64,000 nucleotides of DNA, from the NCBI RefSeq assembly GCF_003704095.1, contig NW_020845812.1, forward strand, positions 372,001 through 436,000. The letters run 5' to 3'. The notes under the pieces were generated by a model. It was not told the DNA's origin. It saw only the letters and a list, made by a program, of their open reading frames with translations, and did no database searches. This document shows, piece after piece, positions 53,239 through 64,000 of this stretch (the stretch's first letter is position 1; each line of letters begins with the position of its first letter). Both the position numbers and the translations under genes were made by a program. Origin of the DNA: Pocillopora damicornis. Taxonomy: Eukaryota.

Positions 53239-54363
53239 TCAGTACGCCTCGGCGAGATACATACTAAATTCCTCTCTGTCTAAATCATCGCTTAAAAGTT
53301 CGGTGAAATTTTCTAGAATTGTCCCCGAGTTTTCTCTCATCCGTCCAGAATAATCTTCACCTTCTTCTTCGTCGTCGTTTTCTACAGTTTGAGGCTGTGC
53401 AAATCTACAAGAACTTAAGCGTGTTCTTCTGACGATTTTTTGAGATTGTTGCTGTTCGCCTGTGGCCAACGTAGATCCAACGTTTCCTGCGGAATGTACC
53501 ACAGTTTTGACAATCGATGAACGAGGTTCATTAAAATAATAATTCTCTGGTGATTTTATCTTTCCGGACTGATATGCGCAAGGTGGAAATGTTACGTCTT
53601 TCCTTGCGTTTTCTGGGTGAAACATCTGTTCTGAGCTTGTGCCAGGCCTAGTCTCATCATTATAACTAAAAGTGTCTCTATCTTGTGTGAAGCATATGGC
53701 TCCTTTAAATCGTGGATTAGGATAGTCAGAGGTTGAAGGACCGTTAAATTGAGGTCTGCCTTGGTCTCTTTCTAATCTTGTCGGAGGATAACCATTGTAA
53801 TCACGATGATTGCCGAACGATTCCCTGTACGTATTGTAGTTCCAATCTTCATATCCCGTCGGATAGTATTGTCCTGCATGGTCCATGTATGGAGTGGAAG
53901 CACAATGTCTGTCTTTAGGACTAAGTTCTGGAGTAGGAGGCAGTCCAAATATCTGACTGTTCATTACAACGTTTGAAATGTTGCTGATGAAGCTCGGGTT
54001 CATGTAAGTGGAGTTTGTTCGCTGACCAGGCCGTCTGTCTTGCGATCGCCTCTTTGGCGTGTACCTGTAATTAGGATGCTCTTTCATGTGACGAATTCGA
54101 AGCCTTTCTGCTTTCTCGACAAACGGCCGCTTTTCCTTCGTGGTCAGCTCATTCCACGCCTTGCCCAGCAGCTTGCTGATCTCTGCATTGTGTAGTTTAG
54201 GGTTCTCCTCAGCAAACTTCCTTCTCATAATTTTTGCCCAGATCATGAACGAATTCATTGGCCTTTTCACGTGTGAGTCGTCGTCGTCTTCAAGGTAACT
54301 GGATGGAAGCATCTGTTGCTGAACCATACCGGGCCAATTTGTTGTAAACTCACTATGCCACAT
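53239..54363 (-). CDS. Sox HMG-box transcription factor, SoxE/F-related (SoxF-like tail), intronless, 374 aa from ATG 54363
   Basis: HMG box [76 protein letters not shown]; [10 protein letters not shown] and terminal [11 protein letters not shown] motifs. Start chosen by AAAATG context; an upstream in-frame ATG exists at 54450. Confidence 0.92.
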   Translation of the reverse strand: MWHSEFTTNWPGMVQQQMLPSSYLEDDDDSHVKRPMNSFMIWAKIMRRKFAEENPKLHNAEISKLLGKAWNELTTKEKRPFVEKAERLRIRHMKEHPNYRYTPKRRSQDRRPGQRTNSTYMNPSFISNISNVVMNSQIFGLPPTPELSPKDRHCASTPYMDHAGQYYPTGYEDWNYNTYRESFGNHRDYNGYPPTRLERDQGRPQFNGPSTSDYPNPRFKGAICFTQDRDTFSYNDETRPGTSSEQMFHPENARKDVTFPPCAYQSGKIKSPENYYFNEPRSSIVKTVVHSAGNVGSTLATGEQQQSQKIVRRTRLSSCRFAQPQTVENDDEEEGEDYSGRMRENSGTILENFTELLSDDLDREEFSMYLAEAY

Positions 54364-57300
54364 TTTCGATAAACTTTCAACGTGTCGCTGCAGCTGCAAA
54401 CACAAAGCTCTTAATTCAAGTGGGATGCTCTTGGTATAAAAGCCGATCATATAAAGGGCAGGGGTAGGGTTTCGTGGCGCGGTATTTGGCAGGGGGTAAC
54501 TAAGGCACGAGCTTTGAAGAGGTCTTACTGTTTTCTTGACACCTTACCATTATCTCACATAGAGAGAATTTAGCGTTGTCGAACGGCGATGTTCAATATC
54601 TTTTTTCCTCGACTGTACCAACTTCTTTAACAAATCTTGCCTCGAACCGGGGCTATTGAAAAACAATAAGTACAAACAATTGGTGACTTAGTTTATTTAA
54701 CAATTATCGGGTGCTTAAAGATCTACCATGTGTTTCTTATTGGCAAAACATTTTTTCGCGTGACCTCAAACTCGGGAAAGGGGCCTGCATCTTTTTCCTG
54801 TTTGCCACCGTCAACAGGAAATGAAAATTTCAACATCGGTAAGCGATTGTCGCACTGATGTTTGTTTTGATCCCCTTCTTCTGGACAATTTCACTTATTT
54901 AATCTTTTTCAAATTGACGAGAAAATCTTGACCCTTTTGAAGTCAAATTGAGTGAAAAGTGGGTTTATTACACCACCGTGCAAGACCTAAGCAAGCGTTG
55001 CTTACAAGATTGCGTAATTAATGTAGTCAGCTGGAATGCTGAATTTAGTCTAATCAAACTGGACTGAACACGCGATGGTTATCTCCAAAGATATCTCAAA
55101 ATTGATTCTTAATTGGTAGAAACATTAAAGATTTAATTTTGGGAATTGTATAGAAAGCTTCAATAAAGAATCAGGGATGCAAAGTTTGGTGAAATATGTG
55201 AGCAAAAGTTTGATCGCTCAGTCGATCATGGCCACCGCGATCATGGCAAGATCTGTTCTCTCATCCACTTGACGCGTAATCTAATGCTTAATTTCTCTTA
55301 TCTTATGGTTTTTTGTTACATTCGGTTTCTTTTAAATAAAAAACAAACATATTAGGCAGCTTATTAAGAACCAAAAATTTTATTGAAAAAATTGCGTGGT
55401 TTGCGATAATTAAAACCTCATTTTGTCTGCTTTAATTTTGCTGCCTGTTTTTCAAAAGAAAAATGAAAGTGGTGCTATATCACGAAATGCTCGCGCGTTT
55501 GGCAGCGAGTGAATGGACGCCTTTAAAACCTAGCAAAAAAAAAACATCGGTTTTCCTTTTTGAATATTTTAAAATGGTTTTAGGATGTATCGTGCGGATG
55601 CTATGAACATCTTGCTCTCATATAATGCAATGAATTCAAATCAGATGACATTGCGCTAAGACCCAATGTAACCGAGTTAACCTTTGATGTAAACAAGAAA
55701 ATTTAAACATGATGCGGTTCTAAAAGGAGAAATTTTTCGAAAAAGAAACAAAATCCTCGGCTATTACTTAATTTGGTATAAAAGAAGCATTGTGACTTCT
55801 AAATATCTTCAATTAACGATAATAGGCGGTCTGGTTTGGACATTACTAGGGTCACATGTTTCCGCGCGTTGAAGTCTGTCATCGCGTCTTTGACCATCTG
55901 CTCGGATCTCAAGTTATCACTTATCAGTGACAATTCCTTGATAATGCTGAGTAGATTAGACCGACCACAGGAAGAATGTAAGAGTTTTGCCTTTTTGTTT
56001 CACATCGTCAGTATAGTTTGACCAAGTAGACCAAGGGACAGGGAGAGGATGACGAAAAAGGCGCAAGGAGTGCCAAACAGTTTAAAGACATACGAGAACG
56101 CGCATTGTCTCTCGTGTTGCAACACTAAACATAATTCTTGAAATTGTGTCCATTCCATTTCCTCTTTCCAAGCAGAAAATTTGAAAAACTGTTCCTTGCA
56201 AAAAATTCAAAACATCGGATATAGACATACATTACTGAATCACGGAAAAGCAACCGTAAATATGTGCAAGGCCAAATAACTCTTATCCTCAAATGTTGAC
56301 GGATCATGCGAGACTTCGCGCTAGCTCGCCGTCAATCTTCCCCGCTCCCTCGAAGAAAGGGAGGACGCGAGAGAAAGGAGAAAGAGGATGCTTCACAAAG
56401 CGAAATTTTGCTCTCTGATCTCAATCAAAAACTTAAAAAGTTTTTTTTCCAATTTATTCGGTGGTTATCTTTGTTTTTAAACTGAAGAAAGACTTTAAAA
56501 GTCGTAAAGTCAGATTTGCAAAACCAGAAAAATCCCATCGATTAGTTTTACCTTTTATTTGATTGGTCGACAAGGTGGCGCGTGTTGTTAAACCGAGTGC
56601 AGGGCGTAGACACGCAAACAAGGACATAAAGGGATTTCTTTCGGCACCCACTTGAAATTAACTCCTCAGCGAAACCACTGATTAACGAAACGTTTGGGTG
56701 AAAAATAACATATAATTCATCATGCCATGTTTGGGTGGAAAATAATCCTTAATGGGTATAATTATTCTTTAATAACTATAGTTTTTTCGGACTAAGAACT
56801 AACATACGCTGCCCCCATCTCTTTATCTTCGCCGTTTACTGTGTTATCAGATTCCCCATCTTAATTATTAAACCGATAAAGATTCAGCGCTGACCGTGGG
56901 AAAGGTTAGAAGATCCAAATGAACCGGTATAGGATTAAAAAATGGACTGGACCACTGGACCCTTGGACCAATGGACTCATTAACAACAGTGTGCCTCCTA
57001 CCCCTCCCTGAGTGTTGATAGACTGCATCCCACCTCTCTCTATGCACTACTGATCTGCCTCTCCCCCTCATAAAATAGTCCAAAAATGATCCAAAAAGGG
57101 GTCCAATGGGGAGTCATCGCACATGCGAAAGGGATTAGGGATTACAATATCTTCAGAACAAACTTTATGTGGTTAGTTCAGAGGTGGTGACCCGAAAACA
57201 AATATTGCTTATGTAAAACAAGATGTTCTTTACTGAGGTATAAACATATCATTATTTGGCAATTATGGCACCCCAGATGCTAGCTATTGTCGTGTCAGAT

Positions 57301-58134
57301 TAGATTGGACTAAACATTCGAATGAGGGCAAAAAGAGAACATTGGGATTTTCAGTGTTGCGCAATTTTTTGGGAGGCATTGCGGTAATTGAAATTCTACA
57401 TTGCGGTATTGCGGTGTGCCTTGTGTAGTTTTAAAACGGTCCACAACACATGCAAGTGTCTTGTATATACGGCTTTGTGACGTGTTCCTTTGAGTGCGTA
57501 AATCGTGCGTGTACACGCAACATCTGGCGGTGTCGTTTCATCGATATTTCTTGCAGTGATGTGGAGGTTTTAGATAATTTTGGAAGCGTTACGGTAATCA
57601 GAGTGCACTCTAACAACGGCTAGCGCTTAGCTCGAGAAATGATACGTCGCGATTTTTGACCCTGCACAATACTGTGCGTAGAGTCCAGTTCCTGGGTTGT
57701 TTCTATAGAATGGGAAAATGCAATTCAGATTTGTTGTAATGATAATGATCATGATCATTACGGCTAATAACTGAGTCAACTGCTAAAGATGTTTAGCCCC
57801 ACGCGACCTATTATTACACCACGTTGCGTGGGCGTTTATCATTAAGGGAACATGAAAAAAATATTGTGAACATAATTTCTAGCTTTAAAATTGAAAACTT
57901 ACATTTGCGCACTTTTGTCTTTCCCACTTATTAAACACTTCTTTAAATGTTTGTTTGACTTTGACGGTATGATGCAAAGATATCATTTTCAATAAATGTT
58001 CAACCATATACAATGCGAGCAATGTTCACTGTTTCAGTGGGCAAACCCTTTTTTTGGACTAATGTCCAAAGCGGACACTAATGTCTAAAATTGAACACCA
58101 ATGTCTAACATCAGACACTTGAGTCTAAAATCAG

Positions 58135-58610
58135 GCGGCGATCCATATAAGACTTCATCCCAACAACATCAATAGGGATAGCGGAATCGACATTCCCAAG
58201 GCCTGGATACCCACGATTAAGCAATTCGAGCAGCCATTTTAATTACTGACTAAAAAAGATTCCCCCGCATTGTCGCGCTTTGTGTTCAGCAGATAACTTT
58301 CATATTTTAGATCACGCCTCTACCGGCTTTCAACTTAAGATAAAATAAGCTATTCACATTCAAAGAGAACAACCATCCTTGAATCAACAATTACACCATG
58401 TAAATCTAAAACTATCCTTTTAATTCTCGCACTTTCATGCTTTACCTCTTTTCTTGTTGTCACTATTTATCATAATTAGCGCAGTTCTACCTACTATCTA
58501 ATTCAACTTCCAACGCTTTTTACAATAATTAACTGAAGATGACAGAAGTTTCTGTCGAAACATGTTTCACAGACTCAAAAGTTTTGTCGCTTTCTTCTTA
58601 AATTAAAGAC
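58135..58610 (+). mobile_element. Two adjacent 3' fragments of Penelope-like retroelements (GIY-YIG endonuclease C-termini) plus 3' tail
   Basis: 58135-58242 AAIHIRLHPNNINRDSGIDIPKAWIPTIKQ; 58265-58423 PHCRALCSADNFHILDHASTGFQLKIK*AIHIQREQPSLNQQLHHVNLKLSF*. Both fit the (E)AIHI...P.(L/I)N motif of PLE GIY-YIG domains. Confidence 0.8.
58531..58568 (+). ncRNA. Minimal hammerhead ribozyme motif in the Penelope 3' tail
   Basis: CTGAAGA-T-GACAGA AGTT TCTGTC-GAAA-CATGTT: intact core, 6-bp stem II, palindromic ACATGT stem III; stem I is weak. Confidence 0.6.
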
Positions 58611-59343
58611 AATTGTGTCTTAAATCAGGCTAGTGTCCAAAATTGGACACTGGCATCTGCAATCGGATACTGACATAAAAAATTTGACACTAGTCCCTAA
58701 AATCAGACCCTAGCGACTGAAATTGTACACAAGTGTCCACGATCAGACAATAATGTACTACACAACACGACTTTAGGGAAATCTCTATTTTTGGTTCATT
58801 TATTCCCAAAAATTTGCCAAATTTTTGTTGTATCTGATTCAATTTTTTTTTCATTTAGCACCTATACTCACTGGAATTAAGAAACAGGTCAATACAATGA
58901 TCATTCAAATGCATTTCGTTGAGGAAATGGTGAAACACGAAAGAGTTCTATAATTGATCCGCAGAGACCATTTTTTAATTCATACTCTCGAATTATTACA
59001 CTCCACACTATGCCGTGCACAAAAAAAGAAATTAAAAAAGCAAGACAATGATATGTTCAGGGAATGAGCGCAAAATCCGTTGTAGGCAAAGCTTTCAAGT
59101 TAAGTGGCACCTATTAGCACACACAGAAAGGAGAAAAGTTTGCAACGAAGAGAACATGAGTTAAGAACGACAAAAGTGACAAAGAAGGGATAAATTAAGC
59201 TAAAAAGGTAAAGCGACAGAGGAAGAACGTCACTGGATGCCGAGTAATGCCTTTGCTTTTTTGACGATACCGTTGAGGTTGAACAAGCTGTCAGAAGCTT
59301 AGTAATATTGATATGTTACAGGTCAAAAATTCAGCTACTACAG

Positions 59344-62300
59344 TTAATATACCGTCCATGATAACTGTTTCATTTTGCCGCCGCGGAGCATAACCTCCTC
59401 AAGAGCTTGACGGGATCGGTCAGTGACATTAGGGCAGCCATCAAAGATAAGAATGTTTATTCTTGGACAGCAAGTGAGTAACGCCTCAATGCTGTCATCT
59501 GAGATGTTCACGCAATGCGACAATTGGACTTCCTGTGATATTAAAAAATCATAAAAAAATCCCTAAATTTCAAGCTTAAATTTCTCGGCATATTTCATTA
59601 TCTTATGGTAAGTTCATGGTTGAATTCTGACCTTGGTTCTGAAGAGATAGAGAAATGATCTTGACCTAAATTATAGGGGCATTTTTATCTGGATCTGGTT
59701 TGACATACGAACTCTTTCGCTGAGAAATAATCCGGCTTTGATTAAGTATTTAAAGAACAAATCCAAAGTAGTCAAAATGACCGATAAGATGTCAAAAGTA
59801 GTCAATGAAAATTGAAGTGAAAAATGTAAATTTTCTAAAGCGAAGAGAAACAGGTGCTACCAGGTTGCATCTGATTGGTTAGTTCCCTTTGACAATCACC
59901 GAGTGCAATGAAGCAAACCCAATGCAATCCAGAATAATTTTGGGCACTTAACCCTTTAATTCCCAAGATCTCTTTAGTAATTCTCCTAACTGTCTGCCAT
60001 ACAGTTCTTGTGATGTTAGTTGGAGAAATTGGTATTGGATCAACTTATAATCCCCTAACTTGTATTTTTCTTTATTCTTGTCACTTGTCTGCTTGACATT
60101 GTATTGATATTGTAAGGAGAAATTCTGTCTTGGTCACTCACAGGAGTTAAAGGGTTAATGAAAAATTACTCTTTGGAATTTAAGTGTACAGTCCTGTGCG
60201 CTCTTCTTTGCACAGTTGTCAACAACATAAATTCTTCATTTTATATTGCAGGGCCATAATATTCTGACTTAGCTACTTTAATTTTAGTTTGAGAGTTTTG
60301 TTTATAAGAGAGGGTAAGGAAGGATGTATCAGGCACAAGCAAGGGTGATGTAATTGAAACTTTGACCCATTGACCTAGTGTAAAACAAAATCTTTTAAAT
60401 CTCCTCTTGCTCACTTTCTTTGAGACATTCTATAAACTTTGAAACTGTTTTCAAGAGTAAAAGATACTCTGCTCTTTATTTCAAAGTGATCAAACTAAAG
60501 GAACACACTGAAAGACCAAACAAATGGGATGTTAATCCTCAGGATGGAAGACTCTCAATGCCACACACAATAGTAGAAGTTGGTCAAAGAGATATTTCTT
60601 TGCATATAAAACTTTTTTGTGATCTTGTGGTTGATGATAGATTAGTGGCCCTCTTAGATCTATGCTTACTTTGATAGAATGTTGACATTTTCCACTTGTC
60701 AAGCACAGTATACCATTATCAGTAACCTGAAAGTGCACAAAAGAAAACTGCTTTTGTATAGGCAACATTTTGAAACAATTCAGGGCTGTTTTCAAAATTT
60801 TTATACATGGCAGGTCAAGATGCAATCATTTTTGAGATCTAAGACTTTTTCTAATGGTTGAAATTGAGGAAATCTAGTTTCAAAAGGTGGTAAAAATGCA
60901 CAGTTATAAAAATTTAGCCTTAAAAACCTGGAAACAGTACACACAGTAATCAAAGGAAAGGTAAGATAGATGTTTTTTTTTGGATGATATATCAAAGCTT
61001 CCAATTACTACAAAGTGATTTTGATGCTCTAGTTAAAACAGCAACATTGCCATAAAGAAGGAGAAAAATTTTTGAAATATTCTAATACATTGATCCTATA
61101 CCCAGTTCTATTTCTTATTTACCAGGTAATTTTACATTTATGCACTCACTATACTTAACTTAGTATAAGAGATCACATCTGAGGAAATATAAACTTGTTT
61201 GCTAACCTTAGTATTTGAGAGATTAAGACTTTGAAGGAATTTACAGTTGTGGGCTATGAGCTGGAGAGATGTATCTGTTATTTTATTGCATCCACATAAA
61301 TTGAGATGTTCCAACTGCAAACAGTTTTGTGTCAAAGCAGCAATAGCATCATCTGTAAGATTAACACATCTGCGGAGGTACACAGTCTGAAGGCAACAAC
61401 AAGATAAAAACACTCTGCTCATACCTGTTGAAAAGTAATATCAGAAAATATAAAAATTACATACTGCAATACCCTGAAAAATGTAAAATTTGGTGCATAG
61501 TAGTTATCCTTCATGGAATAAATATCATTTTATCACATGTTCCAAAGGGCCTGCATTTTAAATTGATAAAAATTATAAAAAAGACCCTGTGTGAAGGAAC
61601 CAAAGTCTGGTGCAACATACCTTCAGATGTAACATCTGCTCTGGAATTCTTGGTGGCATTTAAGTCTAATTTTCTTAGGTTTTTACAAACACAGATGAAA
61701 GAAAGTCCTCTGTCTGAAATTGCACATTCACACAACTCCAGCTCCCTAAGTGTTGGGTGTAATACCTTAAATAAGAATGACAATCAAATACTAATTACAT
61801 CAAAAACACTACAGTCAAACCTGTACTGAGTGGCATATAAAGTGGTATTTTTCTTTACTCTCATCACTTGTCTGCATGATATTGTATAGATATAGCAAGG
61901 AGAAATTCTGTCTTGGTCACTCACGGGAGTTAAAGGGTTAAGGAGAGGATCAGTGCCATCATATTTTAATGGCAATGAATCTACCAAATAGACAGCTTAT
62001 AAGGGAAGGTACGTTTTTTCTTGGGGGGAGGGAGGGCTGGGGAATTTTGGTATTTTTTCCAAAAGAAAGTGTTGGCCCTCCCTCATGTTTTGATTAAAAA
62101 ACTCCTGACCCCCCCACTTTTAGGTGACTGACAAAAGTGTGACCCTCCCCTCACTACCACATGGTATGCTCCATGCCATAGAAAGCTCAGAACATTTTTT
62201 GACATTTTGCTTGTAAACGCAAAATGTTTGAATATGAATAAATCTAAATATTGAATATGTGCGCGCTGAAACAAGAAAATGCGAACCATCAGTGTGGGAT

Positions 62301-63111
62301 CCGGGCTTTACTTTTTTTCATATAGATGAAGTTTGAATATAGAAGTATAAATTCGAAACCATACCCGAGTCAAGTACGTCATGATACGGATGGAAAAGGA
62401 CATGAGTAATCCTAGAAAATTATGTGCCATGGAATAATATACATGTAGACACCCAGTAACCTTGTAAAACTAGTACCTGCACCGAATTAAAAGAAACAAG
62501 TTGAAAAGAAAAAACTTAGTTAAAGAAAAATGGAAAATAACATCACAAAAATCCCCATGAAAAATTCTGTGACCCTCCCCTTGAATAGCTGAAAAAGAGG
62601 GTATGGCCCTCCCCCTTTGGTGCCCACTTTCACTGATGACCCTCCCCTCTGAGGCCCCAGCCCTTCCCCCCCAAGAAAAAATGTACCTTCCCTAACCATC
62701 TTAACTTGTAGGTAATTTCAAATGAATCAGAACCTTAAACAACCTGCAAAGGTATCAGTCCAGTCGTGCTGATTGCAAATAAGTAATTATAAATTAAAAC
62801 GGCGATAAAAGAAAATAAAATCTGCCTCCATTTCATCTACTACATTTTCAATCCTCAAATCCCACTTTCTCAGCAAGAGTCTGGGCAAAATCCCAGTCCC
62901 CGTTTTCTTCTTCTAGATCCAAGGACAATGTGTGACTTACATTTCCAAGATTTGCGTCCGTTAAAAGACCTCGTTTTGATAGCAGATTAACCAGCTTTGT
63001 CTTAATCTCGACAGGAAGCTGGGCTAACGAGGTTTCATGATTTGGTAACTGGCCGGCGACTGCTCTGAGGCAATGATTTTGCAAACTGCTCACCACGGCA
63101 AAAACCGCCAT
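59344..63111 (-). CDS. AMN1: Protein AMN1 homolog (LRR), exons 63111-62941, 61765-61621, 61424-61207, 60726-60670, 59532-59344; 259 aa
   Basis: Phase-consistent splicing gives MAVFAVVSSLQNHCL...LPVEIKTKLVNLLSKRGLLTDANLGNVLHPTLRELELCECAISDRGL...LRKLDLNA...LRRCVNLTDDAIAAL...ILIFDGCPNVTDRSRQALEE...KMKQLSWTVY*; the C-terminal WTVY and overall length match AMN1. Confidence 0.93.
59948..60158. mobile_element. TTAA-bounded MITE in AMN1 intron 4; a 3' half copy lies at about 61845-61941 in intron 1
   Basis: TTAA-CCCTTTAATTCC...GGAGTTAAAGGG-TTAA terminal inverted repeats. Confidence 0.85.
62003..62692. mobile_element. 690-bp non-autonomous DNA transposon with TAA target duplication (PIF/Harbinger-like) in AMN1 intron 1
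   Basis: TAA|GGGAAGGTACGTTTTTTCTTGGGGGG...CCCCCCAAGAAAAAATGTACCTTCCC|TAA; internal subterminal GACCCTCCCC repeats. Confidence 0.85.
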
Positions 63112-63424
63112 ATTTTGTAATGTTATAATGAGTGGCAACCGCTAGTAACTGAAATGTGGGCTCATGATCATTTGGGAATCAAATCATTTGGTTTTGGCGT
63201 TGGTTTTTCTTAACTAGTATTCCATGGCAGCTTCTTTTACTGATAGAAAAGGGTCTAATGGTGCTGTATTCTAAGTTTTGCAGAGCTGTAATTTTCCTTA
63301 ATTTTCTGAAAAAATTCAATATAGGCCATGATCAAGCGAATTTTAGCTTTTCCCCAGTCTGTAGAGTCCTCTTACCCAGCTTCCTCTCTTTCGTGTACTC
63401 TAACTGCCCGTCACGTTGTCTAAC
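63112..63424. promoter_or_regulatory. Probable bidirectional promoter between AMN1 and DERA
   Basis: Divergent start codons are separated by only 313 bp. Confidence 0.6.
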
Positions 63425-63827
63425 ATGTCTTCACACTTGGTGCGTAATCCAGGCATTCCGCTAGATTTAGAGTGGGTAGGTAGGACAAGAGTTAACCTTC
63501 CTGCTGTAAAACGACGGGCTGATACGCTCAAGACTCGCCGGTCAGTAAAGAAGCAATGGCAAGCGGCATGGCTTTTGAGAGCAGTGACTTGTATCGACCT
63601 TACCACCCTGTCTGGGGATGACACCGCGACGAATGTGTCCCGACTCTGCTTCAAAGCGCAAAATCCTGTAAGGAAAGACTTACTGGAAAGCATGGGTATG
63701 GCGGACAAGGGAATAACTACAGGTGCTATTTGTGTGTACCCGTCTCGTGTCCCAGACGCCGTAAAGACTCTCGAGAATCTTAACTCCAAGGTTCCAATTG
63801 CTTCAGTGGCTGCAGGATTCCCAGCAG
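63425..63827 (+). CDS. DERA: Deoxyribose-phosphate aldolase, first coding exon (gene continues beyond window)
   Basis: MSSHLVRNPGIPLDLEWV...VKKQWQAAWLLRAVTCIDLTTLSGDDT...LCFKAQNPVR...AICVYPSRV...PIASVAAGFPAG followed by donor G|GTGATC; matches animal DERA. Confidence 0.95.
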
Positions 63828-64000
63828 GTGATCAACAAAATGAAATTATCGAAACTGCTTCTTAAAATTAAGAAATTGGTTTACACCTCGACGTTGACCA
63901 TGAATTTATAAAGTTAATGAAAATACTCCTATGAATTAAATGTGCTTTTCATCCAAGTATAACCCGTTCCCCCTTCCCCCTCCCCCCTCCACCTTTTAAA

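Larger units (their letters stand above)
58058..58760. repeat. Degenerate 20-bp minisatellite (approx. GTGTCTAAAATCGGACACTA) interrupted by a Penelope insertion
   Basis: Units such as ATGTCCAAAGCGGACACTA, ATGTCTAAAATTGAACACCA and GTGTCCAAAATTGGACACTG at 58058-58134 and about 58612-58760. Confidence 0.75.

Noticed and set aside
58058-58760. Semi-palindromic 20-bp units resembling a CRISPR array
   Set aside because: Units are contiguous and degenerate with no unique spacers, no cas genes, and the context is eukaryotic.

Overview
AT-rich eukaryotic genomic DNA with GT-AG introns and one 100-N assembly gap. Gene content and repeat types suggest an anthozoan cnidarian, probably a stony coral (inference). 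Genes in order: the 3' part of TUBGCP2 (+); an intronless RING/coiled-coil/NHL-like TRIM-type E3 ligase lacking B-boxes (+); TMTC2 (-, about 16 exons); five intronless class A GPCR paralogues (29.2-46.6 kb) with a two-exon Not/Noto-like homeobox gene inside the cluster; an intronless SoxE/F-like HMG-box gene (-); AMN1 (-, 5 exons) head-to-head with the first exon of DERA (+). The repeats include Penelope-like retroelement remnants carrying minimal hammerhead ribozyme motifs, several MITE families (8-bp, TTAA and TAA target duplications), a tRNA-derived SINE and minisatellites. The best candidates for new biology are the orphan GPCR family (NQxLY in TM7, an N-terminal Cys plus ECL3 CxxCxC, conserved extracellular His/acidic residues) linked to Not and Sox genes, and the dispersed hammerhead-bearing elements. 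All coordinates and family calls were read by eye; no searches were run.
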